NCBI GenBank assembly: GCA_963820825.1
Contig: CAWGBN010000002.1
Span: 128,001 to 192,000, forward strand
Direction of reading: 5' to 3'
DNA from: Vulcanimicrobiota bacterium
Lineage (GTDB): Bacteria; Vulcanimicrobiota; Vulcanimicrobiia; Vulcanimicrobiales; Vulcanimicrobiaceae
DNA length: 64,000 nt
The position numbers and the translations under genes are program-made. Below are positions 1 through 10,926 of the stretch, piece after piece. Position 1 is the first letter of the stretch. Every line of letters starts with the position of its first letter. The notes beneath the pieces are model-generated. The model was not told the DNA's origin. It saw only the letters and a list, made by a program, of their open reading frames with translations, and ran no database searches.

Positions 1-532
1 GGCTGCAGCTCGCGTGGTGCTGCTCGCATTCCAGCGTCGTGACGATCGTCTGCATCGCTCGATGGAGCGTCGGCGTAAAGATCGAGGAGTCGCGCGTGTC
101 GGCGTAATAGACGAAGACGAGCAGGACCGGCCAGGCTAACGAGTCGATCTCCCACTTCCGTTCCCAGACGTGATAATCGGCCGAGAAGGCCTCAGCGTAA
201 GGATCGGTGAGAATATTCTTGGCGTCGCGCTGAATGACGCCGTAAAACGCCGCGTGCAGCGCCGAGTACGATCGCACGAAACGGATGTACGGAATCGTCT
301 GGGCCGCCGAGTCGCGCAGCCACATCGCCGGAATATCTCCCGTCTGCACGTACGTGGTTTCATCGGGCTCCTTGAAGAAGTCGGCAAAGAGCTCGTGAAA
401 GAGCGTCTCGGTTTGAATCGGCCGAACTCCCGACGCGAGCGGAACGTCGAGCGTCTCGGCCAAGGCAGCGCCGCCGGGAAGGCTGCAGCATACGACGAGA
501 ACGAGCGCTAACGGCGTGATCCATCGGCTCAC
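1..532 (-). CDS. Glycoside hydrolase family 125 (exo-alpha-1,6-mannosidase-like), secreted; runs off the left edge
   Basis: Not in the ORF track; translated by hand from GTG at 532 (GAGGA upstream). Reads MSRWITPLALVLVVCCSLPGGAALA (signal-like), then TGDIPAMWLRDSAAQ, DPYAEAF and VWERKWEIDSL, which are GH125 motifs. Confidence 0.85.
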   Translation of the reverse strand, partial: MSRWITPLALVLVVCCSLPGGAALAETLDVPLASGVRPIQTETLFHELFADFFKEPDETTYVQTGDIPAMWLRDSAAQTIPYIRFVRSYSALHAAFYGVIQRDAKNILTDPYAEAFSADYHVWERKWEIDSLAWPVLLVFVYYADTRDSSIFTPTLHRAMQTIVTTLECEQHHASCS

Positions 533-575
533 GCGATTCCTCTTCGCCCCACAAACAAGCTTTGCCTCGGCGGCT

Positions 576-2657
576 TTACGTCAAGAGCCGCTCCGGTACG
601 ATCGGAAGGTCGCGCACGCGGATGCCCGTTGCGTGGTAGACGGCGTTGACGACCGCGGCAGCCGCACCCGTGATTGCGATCTCGCCGATCCCTTTCACGT
701 GCGCCGGATTCACGTGCGGATCGTCGGCCTCGATCGTAAAGATTTCGGGATCGGGAATATCGGCGTGCGTCGGAATGAGATACTCGCCGAGCCCGGGGTT
801 GGTGATCCGCGCGGTGCGAGAATCGTAGCGCGTCTTTTCGAAGAGCGCCATGCTGATGCCCCACACGATCCCGCCTAAGAGCTGACTGCGCGCGGTCTTT
901 GCGTTGAGCACGCGGCCGCAATCGAACGCGCCGACAAAACGCGTGACGCGCACCTCCCCGAGGTCCGGGTCGACCTGCACTTGCGCAAACTGCGCCCCGA
1001 ACGTCTGGTGGGCGTAGCCTTCTTCCTCGGAGTCGGGCTTCGATTCGACCTCGAGCGCGAGGCCGCCCGGCGGGATACGCCCGCCCAGCGATGCGAGCTC
1101 TTCACGAAGGCGTGCGGCGGCAAGTACGACGGCAGAGCCGACGCTCCCGGACGTCATCGACCCCGCGGCGATCGGAGCGTACGGAAGGTCCGTATCGCCG
1201 AACTCAAAGCGTACGCGTTCGAAGGGAATCTCGAGAAGCTCGGCGGCGAGCTGGGCGTAGACCGTCGACGAGCCGCAACCTTGTTCGATCGTGCCGCACG
1301 CAATGACGACTCCTCCATCCTCGTCGAGCCGGATGCGGGCGTGCGCCTCGCTTCGGCCCGCACCATGCGACGCGGTGGCCATGCCGAGCCCGACGAGCAT
1401 TCTTCCGTTGCGCATCGAGCGCACAAGCGGAGTTCGCCGGCTCCAACCAAACCGCTCGGCCGCGAGCCGATAACAATCGCGCAAGCGTTTGCTGCCGTAG
1501 GGTTTGCCGCTATCGGGATCGCGCTCGGCGTGGTTTCGCAGACGCAGCTCGAGCGGATCGACGCCTAATGCGTATGCGAGCTCGTCCATCGCGGACTCCA
1601 TGGCGAAGGAACCGGTCGACTCGCCCGGAGATCGTTGATACGTGGGCTTGCTGATGCTCAGCCGGGGAAGCTGATGCGACATCGCGTAGTTCGAAACCGC
1701 GTATAAATCGCGGCTGAAGAGACCGCACGGCTCGATGAACTCGTCGCTCAGGCTCGTCTCGCTCAACACGTCGTGCGAGAGGCCGACGAGCCGTCCGTCG
1801 CGCTCGGCCCCGAGCGCGACGTGCTGCTCGGTCTGAGGCCGGTGGCCGATCCAGGCAAACATCTGCGGCCGCGTAACGACGAGCTTCACCGGCCGGTCGA
1901 CGAGCTTCGCTGCCATCGCGGCAAGCGCGACGTGCGAGCGCGGCTCTCCCTTCGAGCCGAAGGCGCCGCCGACGTACGGGACGATCACCCGAATCTGCGA
2001 CGGCGCAATCTCGAAGACCGCAGCAAGACGCTGACGAACGCCGAACGCCCACTGAGTCGAATCGCGCAGCGTTAGACGCTCTTCGTTCCACTGGGCGATC
2101 GTCGCGTGCGTCTCGATCGGGTTGTGATGCTCCGTCGGCGTACGATACGTCTGCTCGACGCGCACCGGCGCGCCCGCCAACGCGCCCGCGGGATCGCCGC
2201 GCCGATGTTTGGCCGGGCGGCCGAAGATCGCTTCGGGGACGTACCGCGTGGCCGTCTCGAAATCCATCTCCGGATCCTTAGCACGATACTCGACGCGAAC
2301 GAGTCGCGCGGCGTATGCCGCCTCGTCGAGGCTCTTGGCGATCACGACCGCGACCGGCTGACCGTCGAACTCGATGCGATCCTCTTGGAGCAAGAACATG
2401 TGCGAGCCGAACCGCTCCCCTTTGCTGCTCGTCACGCGCGGGGCGTTGGCGTGCGTCATCACCTCGATCACGCCCGGCGCACGACGCGCGGGCGCATCGT
2501 CGATCGCAACGACGCGCCCCCGCGCGATCGTACTGGTGACGACGACCGCGTGAACCATGCCCTCGACGCTATAATCGGCGGTGTAGATTGCCGCGCCGGT
2601 CACTTTCTCGGGTCCGTCGACGCGGTCGCGCGGCGCCCCGGTGAGCGGCCGGCTCAT
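576..2657 (-). CDS. Xanthine dehydrogenase-family molybdopterin-binding subunit (PaoC/YagR-like)
   Basis: RVDGPEKVTG N-terminus, VGGAFGSKG motif, KGIGE motif with the catalytic Glu, C-terminal AVYHATGIRVRDLP. Confidence 0.93.
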   Translation of the reverse strand: MSRPLTGAPRDRVDGPEKVTGAAIYTADYSVEGMVHAVVVTSTIARGRVVAIDDAPARRAPGVIEVMTHANAPRVTSSKGERFGSHMFLLQEDRIEFDGQPVAVVIAKSLDEAAYAARLVRVEYRAKDPEMDFETATRYVPEAIFGRPAKHRRGDPAGALAGAPVRVEQTYRTPTEHHNPIETHATIAQWNEERLTLRDSTQWAFGVRQRLAAVFEIAPSQIRVIVPYVGGAFGSKGEPRSHVALAAMAAKLVDRPVKLVVTRPQMFAWIGHRPQTEQHVALGAERDGRLVGLSHDVLSETSLSDEFIEPCGLFSRDLYAVSNYAMSHQLPRLSISKPTYQRSPGESTGSFAMESAMDELAYALGVDPLELRLRNHAERDPDSGKPYGSKRLRDCYRLAAERFGWSRRTPLVRSMRNGRMLVGLGMATASHGAGRSEAHARIRLDEDGGVVIACGTIEQGCGSSTVYAQLAAELLEIPFERVRFEFGDTDLPYAPIAAGSMTSGSVGSAVVLAAARLREELASLGGRIPPGGLALEVESKPDSEEEGYAHQTFGAQFAQVQVDPDLGEVRVTRFVGAFDCGRVLNAKTARSQLLGGIVWGISMALFEKTRYDSRTARITNPGLGEYLIPTHADIPDPEIFTIEADDPHVNPAHVKGIGEIAITGAAAAVVNAVYHATGIRVRDLPIVPERLLT

Positions 2658-3634
2658 GCGCCCGCCGCGATCTCGAGCGCGCGAACCAGCGCACGTTGAG
2701 CCAATCGAATCTTGAACTCGTTCGCGCCGTGGCCGCGCGCGCCGTCCAGCGCGGCGACGGCCGCACTTTCGAAGGTTTCGCGGATTGGCGGCAGGCCGGC
2801 GAGCGCGCGCTCCGCCGATACCGAGTGCCAGGGAATGGTACCGACGCCGCCGAGCGCGACGCGCGCCTCTCGAATTCGTCCTGCTGCCGAGTCGAGCGCG
2901 ACGGCAACGGAGACCAGCGCGAAGTCGTATTGCGCGCGGTCGCGAACCTTGACATAGGTCGAATGCGCGCCATAACTCGGCACGGACACCGATACTCCGA
3001 CGATCAGCTCGTCCGCGCAGAGCGCCGTTTCGATTTGCGGCGTCTCGCCCGGTAAGCGGTAGAACTCGCGAAACGCGATCCCACGATTCCCGGCGGTTCC
3101 GGTAACGTGAACGGTTGCGTCGAGCGCGACCAACGCAACGGCGAGGTCGGAAGGATGCGCCGCGATGCAGTGCGCGCTCGTTCCCAGAACGGCTTGACGC
3201 CGGTTCTCGCCGTGCAGCGCTGCGCAGCCGCTCCCGGGGGCGCGCTTGTTGCAGGGCGCCGCCACGTCGCGAAAGTAGGGGCAGCGCGTACGCTGCAAGA
3301 GGTTGCCGCCGACCGTCGCCACGTTACGAATTTGCGGCGAGGCGCTCTGCTGCAGCGCGATCGCGACGAGCGGAAGCCGGGAACGAACCGCTTCGTTCGC
3401 CGCAACGTCGCTTAGACGTGTGAGAGCACCGAGATATAGATGCTCGCCGCGCAGCTCGACTTCGGTCAACGGCAGCGCGTTAATGTCGATGACCAGCGGC
3501 GGCTCCTCGACCGCACCCTTCATAAGATCGAACAGGTTCGTCCCACCGGCAACGTACCGCGCGCCCGGGCGTGCGGCAAGCGCGGCCGCAGCGTCGGCGG
3601 GGCTCACGGCTCTGACGTACTCGAAGGGGTTCAC
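2654..3634 (-). CDS. Xanthine dehydrogenase-family FAD-binding subunit (PaoB/YagS-like)
   Basis: AGGTNL and IRNVATVGGNLLQRTRC motifs plus a Cys insert (CPYF..CNK..GC..HC). Start reset to GTG 3634, which overlaps the upstream stop (GTGA). Confidence 0.92.
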   Translation of the reverse strand: MNPFEYVRAVSPADAAAALAARPGARYVAGGTNLFDLMKGAVEEPPLVIDINALPLTEVELRGEHLYLGALTRLSDVAANEAVRSRLPLVAIALQQSASPQIRNVATVGGNLLQRTRCPYFRDVAAPCNKRAPGSGCAALHGENRRQAVLGTSAHCIAAHPSDLAVALVALDATVHVTGTAGNRGIAFREFYRLPGETPQIETALCADELIVGVSVSVPSYGAHSTYVKVRDRAQYDFALVSVAVALDSAAGRIREARVALGGVGTIPWHSVSAERALAGLPPIRETFESAAVAALDGARGHGANEFKIRLAQRALVRALEIAAGA

Positions 3635-4104
3635 GTCGAGGCGCTCACCTCGAGGATCGCCTCGACAATATTCGGATAGCACCCGCAGCGGCAGAGATTG
3701 CCGCTCATCTCTTCACGGATGGTCTCCCGATCGAGGCTCTTACCGGCGCCGAGCAGAGCGACGGCCGAGACGATCTGTCCGGGCGTGCAGTAGCCGCATT
3801 GCAATCCGTCGTGCTCGATGAAGGCGCGTTGAATCGGATGGAGCTCGCCCTCTTCGGCGATCCCCTCGATGGTGACGATGAACTCGCCGTCGTGCATTAC
3901 CGCCAGGGTCAAACACGAGAGAACCGGCCGTCCGTTGACGAGCACCGTGCACGCGCCGCAGGTGCCCTGGTCGCAACCCTTCTTGGCGCCGGTCGATCCC
4001 AGCCGCTCGCGCAATGCGTCGAGCAGCGTCACGCGCGGCTCGAGGACGAGTTCCCGATCGGTGCCGTTGACGTTGAGAACGAGGTGCGCCGTCGACGACG
4101 CCAT
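3631..4104 (-). CDS. (2Fe-2S)-binding subunit (PaoA/YagT-like)
   Basis: GCDQGTCGAC, QCGYCTPG and NLCRCG motifs; no Tat leader. Confidence 0.93.
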   Translation of the reverse strand: MASSTAHLVLNVNGTDRELVLEPRVTLLDALRERLGSTGAKKGCDQGTCGACTVLVNGRPVLSCLTLAVMHDGEFIVTIEGIAEEGELHPIQRAFIEHDGLQCGYCTPGQIVSAVALLGAGKSLDRETIREEMSGNLCRCGCYPNIVEAILEVSAST

Positions 4105-4111
4105 CGCCGCG

Positions 4112-5092
4112 CTAGCCGAGGAAAGCGGGCGCCGTCTGCAGCCCGCCGCCGTTGCCGTTACCCCAGAGCGCGTACTGCAGCGATTGCTTGGAGTTCATCG
4201 AGGCCGCGCCGGTCTCGCCGCTGGGATTGATGGCGATCACACAATACATGTCGTCGTGCAGATTCGGCGCGGTTTTGGCCATGAATCGCATGACGTCGTT
4301 GCAAGCCTCTTGCGGGTGCGCGCCTTGCGCCATCCGCTGCACGATGAACATCGACGTGCAATAGTTCGCCATCACGTCGCCGTTACCGGTCGCCGACGCC
4401 GCTCCCGCCGCGTCGTCCGCGTAGTATCCGCAACCGACCAAGGGCGAGTCGGCAACGCGCCCGGGGATCTTCCAAGCCAGCCCGCTCGTCGAGCAGCCGG
4501 CCACAACGTGCCCGGCGCCGTCGATGCCGACCATGCCGACGGTGTCGTGATGATTCCGGTCGATCCAAAAGTCATCGTGGTTCGGCCTGTTCTTCCACTT
4601 CAACCACTCTGCGAGGCTGTGCGGCGTCAAGAGCTGCATCGGTTCGAATCCCATCGCGATCGCAAACGCAAGCGCGCCCTCGCCGGCCATGGTCGTATGC
4701 CGCGTCTTCTCCATCACCAGACGCGCGACGGAGATCGGATTCTTGATCTTATGGAGGTTGCAGACCGACCCGGCGCGGTGCGTCGTGCCGTTCATGATGC
4801 CGGCGTCGAGCTCGACCTCGCCCTGCGCGTTGGGAAGTCCGCCGTAGCCGACGCTATCGACGTTGGGATCGTCCTCGACGACGTTGATGCCTTTCTCGAC
4901 CGCATCCATGAGCGATCCGCCTGCGGCCAGCACCTGCGCCGCGCGCGCATTCGCCTCGATCCCCCAGTCCCACGTTGTAAGAAAGACCGCCCCGCCCGGC
5001 GCCGCCTGGATCGGCGCTGGGGTCACGGCGGCGAGCGTCGCCGTGGCGGCGCCGGTGGTTACCAGAAACGTACGGCGGTCGATTGGGTCCAC
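4112..5092 (-). CDS. N(4)-(beta-N-acetylglucosaminyl)-L-asparaginase (Ntn hydrolase), Tat-exported
   Basis: DRRTFL Tat motif, SVGYGGLP, HDTVG autocleavage site, GRVADSP. Confidence 0.9.
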   Translation of the reverse strand: MDPIDRRTFLVTTGAATATLAAVTPAPIQAAPGGAVFLTTWDWGIEANARAAQVLAAGGSLMDAVEKGINVVEDDPNVDSVGYGGLPNAQGEVELDAGIMNGTTHRAGSVCNLHKIKNPISVARLVMEKTRHTTMAGEGALAFAIAMGFEPMQLLTPHSLAEWLKWKNRPNHDDFWIDRNHHDTVGMVGIDGAGHVVAGCSTSGLAWKIPGRVADSPLVGCGYYADDAAGAASATGNGDVMANYCTSMFIVQRMAQGAHPQEACNDVMRFMAKTAPNLHDDMYCVIAINPSGETGAASMNSKQSLQYALWGNGNGGGLQTAPAFLG

Positions 5093-5111
5093 CTCGCATC
5101 GCTCCTTTCTT

Positions 5112-5570
5112 TCAAGCCGGTATGTAACGGGCTAGTTCGAAGATCTCGTCGGCCTCAAATCCAAGCCGTGCGTAGAACTCCTTGAGGTGCGGCTCGCGAC
5201 GCGGGAGCTCGACCATAACGCTCGACGCGTCGGTCTCGCGGGCGTACTCCACGACCCGCTCGACGAGCCGCCGCCCGATGCCGCCCTTCCGGCTGCGCTC
5301 CTCCACGTAGAGATCGCTCAAGAACCATATTCGGCGGCAGTGCCACGACGACCAGAGCGGATAGAGCGCAATGAAGCCGTGCACGCCGGCGCCGGTCCTG
5401 GCGATGAAGATCACCGAATCGCCCGCGGCAAACCGCTGCGCTAAGAATCGCTTCGAGCGCGCGACGTCGCAATGCCCGGCGAAGAACCGGCGATACGCAT
5501 CGAAGAGCGGCGCGAGGCCGTCGAGGTCCCGCTCTTCGGCTCGGACGATCGCGTAATCCGATGCCGCCAC
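5112..5570 (-). CDS. GNAT N-acetyltransferase
   Basis: LSDLYV..RKGGIGRRL acetyl-CoA motif; FYARLGF. Confidence 0.88.
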   Translation of the reverse strand: MAASDYAIVRAEERDLDGLAPLFDAYRRFFAGHCDVARSKRFLAQRFAAGDSVIFIARTGAGVHGFIALYPLWSSWHCRRIWFLSDLYVEERSRKGGIGRRLVERVVEYARETDASSVMVELPRREPHLKEFYARLGFEADEIFELARYIPA

Positions 5571-6542
5571 TTACCGTGCGCGGCTGACGGTCACGCCGAC
5601 CGGCTCGGTGAACCCGGTAATCGTCTTGAGCGCCGAGCCGGCGTCGGGATACTTCCACCACATGACGTTCGGCGCGCTGCCGATGTTCGGTCCGATGATC
5701 GTACTGCCTTCGATCCAGAACTGAATTATGTCAGTGGATCCCGCGAGCGTTATCGTGCGCACCTTTTTGCCGGAGCTCCCGCTGATCTTGAACTGGTAGA
5801 CGGTCGAGCCGTGGTAGCCGGCGCCCTGGTCTTCAACGGCAACGTACTTGCCGTCCCATTTTACGCCGCCCGGTACGTTGATCTGCTGATTCAGCGTGAC
5901 GTCGGTGAAGGACGTGCCGCCCGCAGCGACTTCCGCAAACTTGAAAAAGCCGTGGAAATCTCCACCCGAAACGTACAAGTTGCCTTTGCCGTCGTACGCG
6001 CAGTCGTAGTAGAGAAAGATCGACGGATCGGCGTACATGCTCGGCGTTCCCTTCGCGTGCTTGTAAAACGCGATGTTCCCCGAGCCGCTGCCGGAGACTT
6101 CGCCGATATTTGCCACCGCGAGCGTACCGGTCGTGGGATCGACCGAACAGCCGGTGGGGCCGTAACCCGCGTCGATCAGCGTCCGGATCGGCTTCGTGCC
6201 GCCGTGCGCGAATTCGTAGATTCGTTCGCTGCTCGTGATGAAGACGTTGCCTTGGGCGTCGACGCAACCGCTGTGAACCGCGGTGAAACCGCTGAGCGTT
6301 CCTTTCAGCTTGCCTTTTGGAAAGGAGTAGACGTCGACGAGGTCGGTGCCGAGATCGGAGACGTAGAGGAGATCGTGATGCTTTGCATCGGGAGCCATCC
6401 ACGAGTGCGGCATCCGCAGCCGCGCCGGCGCGCTCTGCGCTGGGGAGAGCGCGGCCGGTTGCAGAGCGCCGGCGTTACAGCCCGCTCCTGCGGCGATCGC
6501 CGCGGCAGCGGCAACGTAGCGGAACGAAATCCGAAGCCTCAT
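5571..6542 (-). CDS. Secreted lipoprotein, beta-propeller-like, unknown function
   Basis: Lipobox-like GAGC; repeated units LLYVSD, CSVDPTTGTLAV, CAYDGKGNLYV; paralogous to 35872..36828. Confidence 0.75.
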   Translation of the reverse strand: MRLRISFRYVAAAAAIAAGAGCNAGALQPAALSPAQSAPARLRMPHSWMAPDAKHHDLLYVSDLGTDLVDVYSFPKGKLKGTLSGFTAVHSGCVDAQGNVFITSSERIYEFAHGGTKPIRTLIDAGYGPTGCSVDPTTGTLAVANIGEVSGSGSGNIAFYKHAKGTPSMYADPSIFLYYDCAYDGKGNLYVSGGDFHGFFKFAEVAAGGTSFTDVTLNQQINVPGGVKWDGKYVAVEDQGAGYHGSTVYQFKISGSSGKKVRTITLAGSTDIIQFWIEGSTIIGPNIGSAPNVMWWKYPDAGSALKTITGFTEPVGVTVSRAR

Positions 6543-6554
6543 CCTGGGCCTCCC

Positions 6555-9500
6555 TTATAGCTTGACTTGCAGCGAAAAGTAGAGGTTGAGCGCGAGCGGA
6601 TAGTTACCGGAGTTCGGGTCGCCGTACGACGCGGCGAAGGACTGCGCGAAGTACGGATTCTCCGCAACGCCGTTCGCTTTGGCGTCGAATGGGCTGCTTC
6701 CGTTATAGAAGTAACCGCCGTTGTAGAACGTGTTCGAGGTGTAACCGCAGACGACGCTGTTCGCCGGGTATGCCCGCGACCACGGCTCGCTCGAGCCGCC
6801 GAAGCACTGGTTGACGAGATTAGTCACGACCAGGCGCCCGGAGACGCGCGGGGTGAAATCGTACGACATTTGCACGCCGAGATTAAAGTTCCACGGCTGC
6901 CGGAACTCGCCGAACGTATCGAACGTGCCCGTCTGCGGGTTGGGAATGAAGAGATAACCCGGAGTCGTGCCGTCGCTGGTCAGCGCCTTTCCGCACGACG
7001 TATAGTCGGCCATCAGCGGAGTTGAGGTAGCGATTCCCCGCGAGCCCTGATTGGCGAAACAGCTTCGCGGATCGAGCCCTTGAACGTCGGCCGGCGTACC
7101 GTAGGTCGTGCCTTCCAAGAGCTCCATCGCCGGCGTGAGGGCAAACTTCCCGTGACGGTAGTTCATGACCACCGCAAACGTATTGGGCGAGATGTACGGG
7201 AAGTCGAGGCCCGGAGCGTACCAGCCGTGGGGATCGAGCGTCGCCTCCGGCGACATATGGTAGTACGGATTGAGGATTGACGCCGACGGGCACGTCGGAG
7301 CCGGTATTCCCTTGCCGTTGGGCCGATAGCAGGGCGCCCCGCCGCCTGCTTTTGTGAGCGCGTTGAACTCTTCGATGTCTTGGTTATACTGGTCGACCGG
7401 GCCGATCGGGCTATTGAGGTAGTTGTTCCATTTCTCGGCCGAGTTCGTATACGTGTAGGCGAACGTTCCCGAGAATCCGTTCCTGCTGAAATCGCCCTTG
7501 GTAACCAACAGCTCCACCCCGTCAACGCGTTGCGTTCCCGCGTTGAACGACGGTGAGACGTTCAGGCTCGGAAGGTTCGGCGTCTCGTAGAGCTGGTCGG
7601 TCGCGTAGCGATAGTACGGCGTCAGCTTCACAGCCAGGTCCGTTCCCTTGAAGTGATGCTCGACCGAGAAGTCGTAGTTGTCCGAGAACTGCGGCTGCGC
7701 TTCGTGCAGCGGCGAGCTGTAGCCGAAGGGGATGAAGCCGAGCAGCTGCGAGGCAAGATTCGGCTCCAGCGTATTATACTGAATCTCGTAGTTCTGCGGC
7801 TGCTGCGCGTACCGCCCGAGCGAGGCACGCAGCACCGTATCGGGATTGACCGTGTAGGTCGCCGAAATGCGCGGCAGCACGTAGCCGACCGAATACGAGG
7901 ACGGATAGTTGTTGGTCAGCAGGATGCCGTCGGTTCCGTTCGGGTGAACGGTCTGTACCGGCGTCCCGGTCGAGCGGTCGATCGGGCAATTGAACGAAAC
8001 GTACGGCGTGTAGACGTAGATGCTCTGCGGCGGCTGGGGCACGAAGATCGGTTGCCGCGTCACCGGATTCACGCAAAACTCACGCTGCGCGGCGGCAAAC
8101 CAGAAGTTCATCGCCGGGTTGTTGGTATCGGCCAGGTCGTAGGTATCGTTTTCGAAGCGGACGGCCGCGTTGATATTCCACGCGTCGCCGGGACGCCACT
8201 GATCGCTCAGCGCCGCGCTGGTGATCTTCGGCGAGACCGCGTTGGCGAAGCCTTGATTTCCGGAGTAGGTCAGCAACATCGAGGCACCCGCGGTGCAGGC
8301 CGGCGCGTTCGAGGCAAGCTCGCCATCGCCGCACGGATTCTGGCCGTTGAATCCGCCGTAGGGACTGCCGAACTGACCCTGCGATACGTACTTGTTGCAC
8401 GGCGCGGGGTCGCCGACCGGATACTTCGGGCTGCTATACGTGGCGAAGCACTGCGAGCCGTTGGTGAAGTTGCTCACCTGCTGGCCCGACGTGTTGTAGT
8501 AGTTCTGGTTGTAGTACCGCAGGGTGTTCGAAGTGATGTAGGAGGCCATGCCCTCCAGCAAGTGCTGGTTGGAGATCTGATCGGCGAACTGCAGCTCGAG
8601 GCCGCCCGTGTGCGAATTCACCTCATACTGGTAGTTCGTAACGCCGAGCGTAACGTTGTTCCCCCAGCCGTTCGGGCTCGCACGGTTGGTGTTCGAGTAG
8701 AACGTGTAGCCGAAGAGCCGAACGTAGGCGGTCGAGCCGAGATTCTTCTGATATTGCAATTTCGCGATGCTGGACGTATCCCAACGGGCGTCGCGGAAGT
8801 TCGACGGCACGAGCTGCGCGATCTGATTGCCGTGCGCGTCGATCGGGCAGGCATTCGGTACGCCGGTAACGTTCGCGCAGCGTCCCGTCGGCGATCCGGG
8901 ATAGTAATAGGCGAGCACCCGGGTCGATGCCGGCGCGAGCCACGGCGTGTTACCGGGAAACGTGTAGAAGTCCGGCCACTGGTTGATGTTGCCGCCGTAG
9001 AAGTCGTGGGGAGGGTAGAGCGTCCCGTTGTTCTCGATCCCCAGGCCTAACGGTCCGGCATCGTCGAGACTCGAATAGTACTGCGTGTAATTGGCCGACG
9101 ACATGTAGAGCATCTGGACGTCGTCGCGCCCGGCGTCGTGCCGGTGGGGAATGCCGACGTGGAAGTTTGCGACGACGTCGCGGCTGTCGACGGCCGAGGC
9201 TTGACCGAAGTTCGAGGGATAGGAGCCGAAACACCCCGGATCGCTCGAGAGAAACTTCGTTGCCGGATTGCTATAAGTCGTGTTGTTCCGGCAATCGGGA
9301 TATACCGCAGGCCAGAACGATAGGAACGTCGTTTCGTACGACGGCCAGTACCCGTACGGGATCGTGTCGATCAGGCTTGCGCCGTTGAACTGATCGAAAT
9401 AGCGAAGAGCCTGATTCGTTCCGCTGACGCCGACGTAGTAGGAGAACATGCGATCCGGCGTCGAGCCGCCGGCTTCGAGCCGCGCGTCGTGATAGAAGGT

Positions 9501-10306
9501 CGGCGTTCCCATTGCAAGGCCGCCGACGGCAAAACCCGGATAAGTTCCGGTCTTGATGACTTGATTGATGAAGCCGGCGAGGCCCGTCGCATTTGCGTCG
9601 GCTTCGCCGCCGCCGGCATAGATCTGCAGCTCTTGCTGGCCGAGCGTCGTCTCGGAGTTCCCCGGATAGTTATCGAACGATCGGTTGATCGGTACGCCGT
9701 CGTACTCGTAGCCGATCTGATCGTAGTATCCGCCGCGAATGTAGACGGTCTGATTGACGCCGACTGATTCGGCGGCACGTACGAGCCGGGCATCGCCGCA
9801 ATCGCAGAGTAGGCGTTGTTCAAACCGCCTCCGCCGCCGAGCGTCGCCGCGGCGGTGGTCAGTCCCGGATTGACCGAGTATACGTCGGTGCCCGTTCCGG
9901 GGCGCACCGGACTGAGCGACGAGCGGGACGTGACGCGGGCAATCTGCTTGAGACTCTTCTGCAGCGCTATCGGCAGCGATTGGCTTTGATCGGCGAAGAC
10001 CGAGATGCCGGTGATCGCGACCGTATCGTATCCCTCGTGCACGACGGTGATGGTATACGTCTCGGGCGCGAGCGAGAGAAAGGTGTAACGGCCCGCGGCA
10101 TCCGTCGTGACCCGAGCGACTTGCGACGGACTCGTCGCCGTCACTTCGGCACCGGCGATCGGCGCCCGGGTCGACGCGTTGAAGACTGTTCCGGTAATCG
10201 TACCCGTCGTACCGGCTATCGCTTCTTGCTCTCCAAGGCAAACGAGCAACGCCGCAACGAGCAGCGCGCAGACTAACGAAGAGAGAGACCAGCTCCTCAA
10301 GTTCAT
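6555..10306 (-). CDS. TonB-dependent receptor with N-terminal carboxypeptidase-regulatory-like domain; one frameshift near 9765
   Basis: Signal peptide and GTTGTITGTV..TDAAGRY lie in ORF 9371..10306. The plug (YIRGG..IGYEYDGVP) and barrel ending YFSLQVKL lie in ORF 6555..10511. One missing base at AAT CAG ^TC GGC GTC joins the frames. Confidence 0.85.
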
Positions 10307-10389
10307 CCCTCCAACAGCAGCAACTCAGGAAGGCACTTAGCGCGTTTGAGCGGTATGCTCCTTCATTGCGCTTGCTATTGGAGGACACC

Positions 10390-10926
10390 ATGAATAGCTT
10401 ACTCACACGCAAGGCCGTCGGCGCGGCGATTGGCCTGGCTCTCTTGACCGCATGCGCGGGCAGCTCAAGCGCCGGCGGCGTCCCGGCTGCCGGATCCTCG
10501 ATGCCGACCACGGCGAGCCGCGATCGCGGCGCGACCTATCCGAATCTCAGCGGCGAATACGCCGGCAAGTTCGTCGACAATGCGTACGGGAAGGGCAAGG
10601 GGAGCGCGATCTACGCTCAGTACCAGAGCGCATTCGGCGGCCAGCTGACGATCAAATATGCGACGAGCACCCTCTCGGCCTCGGTCTCCCAGACCGTTAG
10701 CGGAAGTTCCGTCAACGGGAGCACGGCCGGCGGCGCGGGGAGCCTCTACTGCACGTTCTCGACGACCGCGACCTACGACAAAGCGACCCACATTTTAAGC
10801 GGCTCGTACACGGCGGCGTACGGCTGCGCCGGTGAAACCGGAACGTTCTCGCTCAAGCATCTCTGCGTTTTCAAGGGCACGACGCACGAAGATATCCGTC
10901 CCGATAACGGACCGCGCCCCTGCTAG
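10390..10926 (+). CDS. Hypothetical lipoprotein
   Basis: GGAGGA RBS before ATG 10390; LLTAC lipobox; beta-rich body with 4 further Cys; divergent from the receptor. Confidence 0.75.
   Translation: MNSLLTRKAVGAAIGLALLTACAGSSSAGGVPAAGSSMPTTASRDRGATYPNLSGEYAGKFVDNAYGKGKGSAIYAQYQSAFGGQLTIKYATSTLSASVSQTVSGSSVNGSTAGGAGSLYCTFSTTATYDKATHILSGSYTAAYGCAGETGTFSLKHLCVFKGTTHEDIRPDNGPRPC

Noticed and set aside
9770..10511. N-terminal ~250 aa of the 1318-aa ORF
   Set aside because: It is out-of-frame, Arg-rich sequence overlapping the true receptor N-terminus and the opposite-strand lipoprotein.
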